A stretch of DNA of 13,080 nucleotides from a virus (lineage: Duplodnaviria > Heunggongvirae > Uroviricota > Caudoviricetes). Shown here in pieces: positions 8,076 to 13,080 of this stretch. The position numbers and the translations under genes are program-made. The notes beneath the pieces were generated by a model, which saw only the letters and a program-made list of their open reading frames with translations, was not told where the DNA came from and made no database searches. The stretch is taken from the IMG/VR virus record IMGVR_UViG_2563366976_000005, one strand, 5' to 3'. Each line of letters starts with the position of its first letter. The first letter of the stretch is position 1.

Positions 8076-8150
8076 GGCTGAACTCCTGAAAATGGCTGTG
8101 AAAATATCGCCCGCGAAATGCCAGGCTGATTAGGAAAACAGGAAAGGGGA

Positions 8151-8561
8151 TTAGCGATTCAGGCCGTTACCGCGTCCGTCGAGAAAAACTTCCACGAGCA
8201 AATCACGGGTATAAGTGCGCTCGATGCCGCGATGCAGATAAAGCCGTCCGCGTAAATTAGCTGATGCAGTCCAGGTACCATCTTTGTGTTTGACCAGCAT
8301 TCCTGGCATGACCGCACCTCGATTAACGGTCTGCGTTCCGTAATGTTGATGAACCATAAAAACTCCTGCCCGTAAGCTGGGCTGCTGAACATATAGAGAC
8401 TTCTGCGCGTATTCAGGCGGTGGATGGCCGCCGGTTGTCATAACTAAGTCGCCTCGTTGAAGCGACTGAGGTATGAAGTGTTGAGTTGATTTCAGCTGGT
8501 CACACCGACGTTCACGCGTCCGCTTCACCCCTCGCACTCCCCGAAGCCTGCTGAAATTCAA
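8151..8561 (-). CDS. First gene of the pL operon. It is a hypothetical protein with an N-terminal arginine-rich motif (VKRTRERR) and may be an N-like antiterminator. The start is uncertain: TTG at 8561 per the track, GTG at about 8528 with a GGGAG SD, or the first ATG at 8441
   Basis: It lies immediately downstream of the oL/pL operators in the position of lambda N. KRTRERR resembles the ARM of lambda N (TRRRERR) and P22 N (TRRHERR). There is no in-frame ATG before codon 41. The rest of the protein is unlike lambda N. Confidence 0.35.
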   Translation of the reverse strand: MNFSRLRGVRGVKRTRERRCDQLKSTQHFIPQSLQRGDLVMTTGGHPPPEYAQKSLYVQQPSLRAGVFMVHQHYGTQTVNRGAVMPGMLVKHKDGTWTASANLRGRLYLHRGIERTYTRDLLVEVFLDGRGNGLNR

Positions 8562-8635
8562 ACTGCGGATCTAAGCGGTCATCGCAACGGTGAAACAGGT
8601 GGTTACCGTATCGTTGTGTCGTTGCGATGAATTTA

Positions 8636-8705
8636 TTTAAAACTATAGTTGTTTTATCGTCAACAACAAAAGTTGTTTTGTCGGTTGTTTTAAATATAAC
8701 TGGTT
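8636..8705 (-). promoter_or_regulatory. oL/pL. Clustered GTTGTT/AACAAC operator half-sites overlap a leftward promoter (- strand TTGACG -N17- TTAAAT)
   Basis: The + strand reads AGTTGTTTTATCGTCAACAACAAAAGTTGTTTTGTCGGTTGTTTT. It contains GTTGTT-N8-AACAAC and AACAAC-N4-GTTGTT palindromes and shares the core GTTGTTGAC(G/T)A(T)AAAACAAC with the cI-cro intergenic operator. Confidence 0.6.
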
Positions 8706-8799
8706 GTATTTAGGATGGATTTATTTTGTGACTTGCATCGCATAGCGATAACTGAAGTGAGGTGTGGTGGTTTTTTGGACGGTATGAGTTATGAGGGGG

Positions 8800-8830
8800 A
8801 GGAAAAGAAAACCCGGCGCGGTTGCCGGGT
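8800..8830 (-). terminator. Rho-independent terminator directly downstream of the lipoprotein gene
   Basis: On the - strand the sequence reads CCCGGC-AACCGC-GCCGGG followed by TTTTCTTTTCC. Confidence 0.6.
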
Positions 8831-8837
8831 ATGATTA

Positions 8838-9218
8838 TCAGTCAGCCCAACCTGATTTCGAGTTTATTTGGGTTTCTGACATTGTGTATTTCTTAATCGT
8901 GTCATCGTTAAAAAGAATAGTAAGTTCTTTTTTCGTACCGTTCGTTCCATTATGGAATAATCCATAGAATGGAATAAAAGTGGTGCCATTAACTTTTACT
9001 TTTGCAAAGGCGTACTTCCAGATCTCGTTTCCACTGTCAGTATATGAAACAGCATCAGGAGAACCAAAGTAAGATTTAACCTCATTCTTGGTTGTTTTAC
9101 CTTCCTGAAGTTTAGACTGGACACTAATTTCAGTTTCATTTTTGAGTTGCTGGTTGCCTGAAGAAGCACACCCAGCCAATACAGATGCCATCATGGCAGC
9201 GATTAGGATTTTTCTCAT
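8838..9218 (-). CDS. Outer-membrane lipoprotein, 126 aa, with a BamE/SmpA-OmlA-like fold. It is a moron in the rex position and a candidate superinfection-exclusion protein
   Basis: Signal peptide plus lipobox (MRKILIAAMMASVLAGCASS). The pattern TTKNEVKSYFGSPD...EIWKYAF...ELTILFNDDTIKKY resembles the BamE pattern MTKQQV..LGTP...WFYVF...LTLTF. The gene is AT-rich, lies between cI and oL, and has its own terminator. Confidence 0.8.
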   Translation of the reverse strand: MRKILIAAMMASVLAGCASSGNQQLKNETEISVQSKLQEGKTTKNEVKSYFGSPDAVSYTDSGNEIWKYAFAKVKVNGTTFIPFYGLFHNGTNGTKKELTILFNDDTIKKYTMSETQINSKSGWAD

Positions 9219-9447
9219 TTTATGTTTCCATTCATTATAATCAGAAACATCTTAACATAATGATTCGAAATAAAAACCGCTACGAGATAGGGGGACATTT
9301 TGCTGACAGTAGCAACAAATCTCAGCTAACAACGAGAATATTTACTGAAATATGCAAACAGATTTGGCGTTCTTATAGAGAATTTAGTGCAATATCTAAT
9401 CCGAGTGGTATAAACCTTAACCTTCGCTCCCTTAAGTCGTAGATAAA

Positions 9448-10137
9448 TTAACCATGCTTCCTGTACGTCTGCGGCATGCTTCCAATGACCTTACCGAATA
9501 TGAACACCCGGTTCATCTCGTCTTTCTCGATCGGGTCCCACGGCGAGTAGCTCTTGTTATCAGAGATAACCAGCAGCTTATCCTTCATCATTTGAAGACG
9601 TTTTACATGGGCAGTGTCGTCGTACAGAAACGCATAGATGCCATCACCGTCGAAAGATTTAACAGTGATATCAACGAACAGCAGGTCACCTGGTTCGATC
9701 GTCCCTGACATGCTGTCACCTCGCACGTTAATGATGCGGATATTTTCCGCCTTCCTGCCATCGAACATGTGACGAGCATCGTCAAACGAGTACTCAACCG
9801 AGCGTAGAACTTCTACAAACTCACGGTTGATTACACCTGGCCCGGCACTGACTTCTATATCAAGAACGTCAATTTTGAAGTATTTGGAATGGCTGACAGT
9901 TGATTGTATTGGTTGCACTGTACTGTCTGACATATTTCCAACGCCAGAAGATAACCATTCTGCGCGCACACCCAAAGCGTTCGCGATCTCCACGATTTTA
10001 GTTGTTTGGTTAGCTTTCCCTGTTTCGATTTTCTGAATAGCAGCCTGGCTAACCCCGACCAAATCCCCAAGCGCCTTTTGTGTAAGGCCTCGCGCTAATC
10101 TGGCTTCTTTAAGTCTTTCTGAGAGTGTTGTTTTCAT
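9448..10137 (-). CDS. cI: CI-type prophage repressor (N-terminal XRE HTH plus C-terminal S24 LexA-like autopeptidase), 229 aa
   Basis: HTH segment LTQKALGDLVGVSQAAIQKIETGK. The C-terminus carries S24 motifs (VRGDSMSGTIEPGDLLFVD ... VKRL). It is divergent from the cro-like gene across an operator-rich 104-bp intergenic region. Confidence 0.9.
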   Translation of the reverse strand: MKTTLSERLKEARLARGLTQKALGDLVGVSQAAIQKIETGKANQTTKIVEIANALGVRAEWLSSGVGNMSDSTVQPIQSTVSHSKYFKIDVLDIEVSAGPGVINREFVEVLRSVEYSFDDARHMFDGRKAENIRIINVRGDSMSGTIEPGDLLFVDITVKSFDGDGIYAFLYDDTAHVKRLQMMKDKLLVISDNKSYSPWDPIEKDEMNRVFIFGKVIGSMPQTYRKHG

Positions 10138-10241
10138 AGATCAAATGTACAACCAAGGTTTTATTTCATCAAACGAAAATGGTTGTTGACTAAAAACAAC
10201 CATAGTTTTAATCTTGATTCGGATTAACCACGGAGGTTGTT
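10138..10241. promoter_or_regulatory. oR/pR/pRM region. A 25-bp palindromic operator ATGGTTGTTGACTAAAAACAACCAT (10179-10203) contains the pR -35 TTGACT. An extra GGTTGT half-site lies next to the cI start (10149-10158)
   Basis: A perfect inverted repeat, ATGGTTGTT/AACAACCAT, overlaps TTGACT-N17-TAATCT. A GGAGG Shine-Dalgarno lies 5 nt before the cro ATG. The operator matches the oL repeats. Confidence 0.65.
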
Positions 10242-10472
10242 ATGAACCCAGCAATCAAAACAGCGATCAATATCGTTGGTTCACAAAAGAAACTAGGCGA
10301 TGCCTGCGAAGTTTCACAGCAGGCCGTCTATAAGTGGCTTCACAACAAAGCAAAGGTATCCCCTGAACATGTCGGCAGCATTGTTACGGCTACTGGTGGA
10401 GTTGTGAAGGCATACCAGATTCGCCCGGATCTTCCGAAGTTGTTTCCACACACCGAAAAGAACGCAGCTTAA
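10242..10472 (+). CDS. cro: Cro-like repressor of the YdaS/P22-Cro family, 76 aa
   Basis: Small HTH protein (GSQKKLGDACEVSQQAVYKWLH) transcribed divergently from cI and followed by boxA. It belongs to the YdaS_antitoxin/P22 Cro-like family by its pattern. Confidence 0.85.
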   Translation: MNPAIKTAINIVGSQKKLGDACEVSQQAVYKWLHNKAKVSPEHVGSIVTATGGVVKAYQIRPDLPKLFPHTEKNAA

Positions 10473-10484
10473 ATTTCCATTTCA

Positions 10485-10497
10485 CGCTCTTTAACAA
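10485..10497 (+). promoter_or_regulatory. nutR boxA (CGCTCTTTAACAA), rrn-type consensus
   Basis: It matches the E. coli rrn boxA GCTCTTTAACAA exactly. It sits 13 nt after the cro stop and 45 nt before the next gene. I could not recognise boxB. Confidence 0.55.
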
Positions 10498-10541
10498 TAA
10501 GCAATCAACTTAACAGTCAATTCAAACTAAAGGAGTCAATT

Positions 10542-11081
10542 ATGCAACCACTTACATACCAACAGACTAGCGGATTTATTCCGACTGCGGTGATAAATCG
10601 TTCTCAAACAAAACAAGCTCCAGGCCACGAAAAAATCCGTGATGCCGTCCGCGCCTGGTCGGCTGTAGATAATCAGGATGTCGTTGCCGCACTCATTGTG
10701 AATGAGTATCGGGAGCAGGGCGACGGCACCATCGATTTCCCTGATGATGTCAGCCGTGCACGCCAGAAGCTGTTCCGCTTCCTCGATAACAAATTCGATT
10801 CTGAAAAATACCGAAATAACGTGCGTGAACTGACCCCGGCAATTCTGGCGGTACTACCGCTGGAATATCGCGGTTACCTGGTTGAGCAGGATAGCTTCAT
10901 GACTCGGTTGGCTGAAATGGAAAAGGAACTCAGTGAGGCAAAACAGGCTGTCATTCTCAACGCACCACGCCACCAGAAACTGAAGGAAATGAGTGAAGGT
11001 ATTGTGTCGATGTTTCGTGTGGACCCGGATCTGGCTGGTCCATTAATGGCGATGGTGACCACCATGCTGGGGGCAATATGA
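10542..11081 (+). CDS. YdaT-family protein (a CII-analogue regulator, annotated in databases as toxin YdaT), 179 aa
   Basis: It lies directly downstream of cro with an AAGGAG Shine-Dalgarno. The segment ELTPAILAVLPLEYRGYL matches the Rac YdaT segment KLIPAILAILPRELRHRL that I recall. Its position equals lambda cII. Confidence 0.75.
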   Translation: MQPLTYQQTSGFIPTAVINRSQTKQAPGHEKIRDAVRAWSAVDNQDVVAALIVNEYREQGDGTIDFPDDVSRARQKLFRFLDNKFDSEKYRNNVRELTPAILAVLPLEYRGYLVEQDSFMTRLAEMEKELSEAKQAVILNAPRHQKLKEMSEGIVSMFRVDPDLAGPLMAMVTTMLGAI

Positions 11082-11167
11082 CAGGTTCAGAAATGGCGAA
11101 AGTCGGTCTGCGGGAACAGAACCGACTTTCAGGTGCAAATCGTAACACACTCATTGCGGGAGGAATT

Positions 11168-12097
11168 ATGGCAAACACTGCTGAGATATTCAATTTTCCA
11201 GTGCCGGATGCGGCACAAAAGGAGCCGCGCGTGGCAGATCTCGATGATGGTTATACGCGCATTGCAAATGAGTTGCTGGAAGCTGTGATGCTGGCCGGAT
11301 TAACACAGCACCAGCTTCTGGTCTTCCTGGCTGTCATGCGCAAAACATATGGCTTTAATAAAAAACTGGATTGGGTGAGCAACGAGCAACTTTCCGAGTT
11401 GACCGGGATATTGCCGCACAAGTGTTCTGCTGCAAAAAGCGTTCTGGTAAAGCGTGGGATTCTTATTCAGAGCGGGCGGAATATCGGCATTAATAATGTG
11501 GTCAGTGAATGGTCAACATTACCCGAATCAGGTAAGAAAAATAAAGTTTACCTGAAAGAGGTAAATTTACCTGAATCAGGTAAGAAAAGTTTACCCAAAT
11601 CAGGTAAAGGCGTTTACCCGAATCAGGTAAACACAAAAGACAAACTAACAAAAGACAATATAAAACCTTTTTCGTCCGAGAATTCTGGCGAATCCTCTGA
11701 CCAACCAGAAAACGATCTTCCTGTGGAGAAACCAGATGCTGCAATTCAGAGCGGCAGCAGGTGGGGGACAGCAGAAGACCTGACCGCCGCAGAGTGGATG
11801 TTTGACATGGTGAAGACCATCGCGCCATCAGCCAGAAAACCGAATTTTGCAGGGTGGGCTAACGATATCCGCCTGATGCGTGAACGTGACGGACGTAACC
11901 ACCGCGACATGTGCGTGCTGTTCCGCTGGGCATGCCAGGACAACTTCTGGTCCGGTAACGTGCTAAGTCCGGCCAAACTCCGCGACAAGTGGACCCAACT
12001 CGAAATCAACCGTAACAAGCAACAGGCTGGCGTGACAGCCGGAAAATCAAAACTCGACCTGACAAACACTGACTGGATTTATGGGGTGGATTTATGA
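11168..12097 (+). CDS. O: Replication initiator O. The N-terminal iteron-binding domain is non-lambda and the C-terminal P-interaction domain is lambda-type
   Basis: The start is chosen at ATG 11168 (MANTAEIFNFPVPDAAQKEPRVADLDDGY...), which has a GGGAGG Shine-Dalgarno and aligns with the lambda O N-terminus MTNTAKILNF...NVADLDDGY. The track ORF begins earlier, at 11078. The C-terminal 130 aa (FSENSGESSDQPENDL...NTDWIYGVDL) match lambda O. The stop overlaps the P start (ATGA). Confidence 0.9.
   Translation: MANTAEIFNFPVPDAAQKEPRVADLDDGYTRIANELLEAVMLAGLTQHQLLVFLAVMRKTYGFNKKLDWVSNEQLSELTGILPHKCSAAKSVLVKRGILIQSGRNIGINNVVSEWSTLPESGKKNKVYLKEVNLPESGKKSLPKSGKGVYPNQVNTKDKLTKDNIKPFSSENSGESSDQPENDLPVEKPDAAIQSGSRWGTAEDLTAAEWMFDMVKTIAPSARKPNFAGWANDIRLMRERDGRNHRDMCVLFRWACQDNFWSGNVLSPAKLRDKWTQLEINRNKQQAGVTAGKSKLDLTNTDWIYGVDL
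11519..11675 (+). repeat. ori iterons. Five 17-bp palindromic repeats TTACC(C/T)-N5-(A)GGTAA at 11519, 11548, 11567, 11591 and 11614, followed by an AT-rich A/C-rich region (11631-11675)
   Basis: Copies are TTACCCGAATCAGGTAA, TTACCTGAAAGAGGTAA, TTACCTGAATCAGGTAA, TTACCCAAATCAGGTAA and TTACCCGAATCAGGTAA at 19-29 bp spacing inside the O linker, then ACACAAAAGACAAACTAACAAAAGACAATATAAAACC. The architecture matches ori-lambda but the iteron sequence differs. Confidence 0.8.
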
Positions 12098-12771
12098 AAA
12101 ACATCGCCGCACAGATGGTTAACTTTGACCGTGAGCAGATGCGCCGGATCGCCAACAACATGCCGGAACAGTACGACGAAAAGCCGCAGGTACAGCAGGT
12201 AGCGCGGATCATCAACGGTGTGTTCAGCCAGTTACTGGCAACTTTCCCGGCGAGCCTGGCTAACCGGGACCAGAACGAACTGAACGAAATCCGCCGCCAG
12301 TGGGTTCTGGCTTTCCGGGAAAACGGGATCACCACAATGGAACAGGTTAACGCAGGAATGCGCGTAGCCCGTCGGCAGAATCGACCATTCCTGCCATCAC
12401 CCGGGCAGTTTGTCGCCTGGTGCCGGGAAGAAGCATCCGTTACCGCCGGACTGCCAAACGCCAGCGAGCTGGTTGATATGGTTTACGAGTATTGCCGGAA
12501 GCGTGGCCTGTATCCGGACGCAGAGTCTTATCCATGGAAATCAAACGCGCACTACTGGTTGGTTACCAACCTGTACCAGAACATGCGGGCCAATGCGCTG
12601 ACTGACGCGGAATTACGGCGTAAAGCTGCCGATGAGCTGACCTGTATGACCGCGCGAATTAACCGTGGTGAGGCGATACCTGAACCAGTAAAACAACTTC
12701 CTGTCATGGGCGGTAGGCCTCTAAATCGTGCACAGGCTCTGGCGAAGATCGCAGAAATCAAAGCGAAGTGA
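12094..12771 (+). CDS. P: Replication protein P (DnaB loader). On my recollection of lambda P (233 aa) it is C-terminally truncated at residue 225 by an IS insertion
   Basis: MKNIAAQMVNFDREQMRRIANNMPEQYDEKPQVQQV... matches lambda P through ...LAKIAEIKAK. As I recall it, lambda P continues FGLKGASV. Here the TGA stop is the first 3 nt of the IS terminal repeat. Confidence 0.9.
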   Translation: MKNIAAQMVNFDREQMRRIANNMPEQYDEKPQVQQVARIINGVFSQLLATFPASLANRDQNELNEIRRQWVLAFRENGITTMEQVNAGMRVARRQNRPFLPSPGQFVAWCREEASVTAGLPNASELVDMVYEYCRKRGLYPDAESYPWKSNAHYWLVTNLYQNMRANALTDAELRRKAADELTCMTARINRGEAIPEPVKQLPVMGGRPLNRAQALAKIAEIKAK

Positions 12772-13080
12772 ACCGCCCCGGGAATCCTGGAGACTAAACT
12801 TCCTGAGAAAGAGGTAAACAGGATGACTAAAAATACTCGTTTTTCCCCTGAAGTCCGTCAACGGGCAGTCCGTATGGTTCTGGAAAGTCAGGGCGAATAT
12901 GACTCACAATGGGCGACAATTTGTTCCATTGCTCCAAAGATTGGCTGTACGCCGGAGACTCTGCGTGTCTGGGTTCGCCAGCATGAGCGGGATACCGGGG
13001 GCGGTGATGGAGGGCTCACCACCGCTGAACGTCAGCGTCTGAAAGAGCTGGAACGTGAAAATCGTGAACTGCGCCGCAGT
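12769..13080 (+). mobile_element. Left end of an IS3-family insertion sequence (IS629/IS1203/IS3411-like). It continues beyond the window
   Basis: The terminal sequence TGAACCGCCCCGGGAATCCTGGAGACTAAACTTCCTGAGAAAGAGGTAAACAGG precedes orfA. It has the IS3-family 5'-TGA end. Confidence 0.8.
12823..13080 (+). CDS. IS3-family transposase OrfA (HTH, leucine-zipper part), partial with its 3' end outside the window
   Basis: [86 protein letters not shown] matches the IS629/IS1203 OrfA that I recall. The ORF is open to the window end. Confidence 0.85.
   Translation, partial: MTKNTRFSPEVRQRAVRMVLESQGEYDSQWATICSIAPKIGCTPETLRVWVRQHERDTGGGDGGLTTAERQRLKELERENRELRRS

Noticed and set aside
8076-8160. Long (138-aa) GamL start upstream of gam
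   Set aside because: The in-frame extension hits TAA before any ATG. Only the 98-aa GamS ORF with its AGGAG Shine-Dalgarno is intact.
8159-8392. 77-aa - strand ORF overlapping the pL-proximal gene in another frame
   Set aside because: It is fully nested in the longer ORF and has no independent start signal.
9185-9442. 85-aa + strand ORF in the AT-rich lipoprotein-cI intergenic region
   Set aside because: It starts inside the lipoprotein gene on the opposite strand. It has low-complexity AT-rich codons and no Shine-Dalgarno. The region more likely holds the lipoprotein promoter and leader.
11078-11167. Upstream extension of O (track ORF starting MTGSEMAK at 11078)
   Set aside because: It overlaps the end of the ydaT-like gene and contains the 10-bp hairpin. 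Lambda O homology and a GGGAGG Shine-Dalgarno begin at ATG 11168.
11519-11630. Regularly spaced short palindromic repeats that could be mistaken for a CRISPR array
   Set aside because: There are only five copies at irregular 19-29 bp spacing. They lie inside the O coding sequence and are followed by an AT-rich stretch, which is the ori-lambda iteron architecture. There are no cas genes or unique spacers.
10874-12761. - strand ORFs (10874..11065, 10957..11193, 11502..11828, 11746..12069, 12006..12335, 12552..12761) and + strand ORF 12410..12601 across the ydaT-like gene, O and P
   Set aside because: They are antisense to, or out of frame with, strongly supported genes. None has start signals.

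Overview
This window is the left junction and early region of a lambda-like prophage integrated at the E. coli attB-lambda site, next to ybhC. The order on the + strand is: ybhC (- strand), attL (core plus P' arm and IHF sites), int, xis, a moron-rich b2/early-left region, the lambda-type recombination module (orf60a, orf63, exo, bet, gam), a non-lambda immunity region, lambda-type replication genes O and P, and the left end of an IS3-family element. Parts of this are worked out from the sequence and parts are recalled from memory, as marked below. The immunity region is divergent pL-oL and oR-pR with GTTGTT/AACAAC operators, a LexA-like cI, and a YdaS-like Cro plus a YdaT-like CII analogue. 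The O gene is a hybrid carrying five palindromic iterons. The IS3-family element (IS629/IS1203-like) abuts the P gene and, on my recollection of lambda P (233 aa), removes its last 8 codons. Int, xis, exo, bet, gam, orf60a/orf63 and the O C-terminus plus P read as essentially lambda-identical. The immunity region, the O N-terminus and iterons, and several morons are not lambda. The most interesting cargo is: (i) a two-gene moron between the ea8.5-like and ea22-like genes, encoding a tRNA-guanine-transglycosylase (TGT)/DpdA-like protein plus a DnaJ-type zinc-ribbon protein, which may be a 7-deazaguanine DNA-modification (anti-restriction) module; (ii) a BamE/SmpA-OmlA-like lipoprotein sitting in the rex position between cI and oL with its own terminator, a candidate superinfection-exclusion gene; (iii) an Arg-rich-motif N-like gene with a non-ATG start and an rrn-type boxA at nutR. 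The prophage looks cryptic, with P disrupted and a 1-bp shorter attL core T-run. All calls are made by eye from the sequence and from remembered protein families, with no database search.
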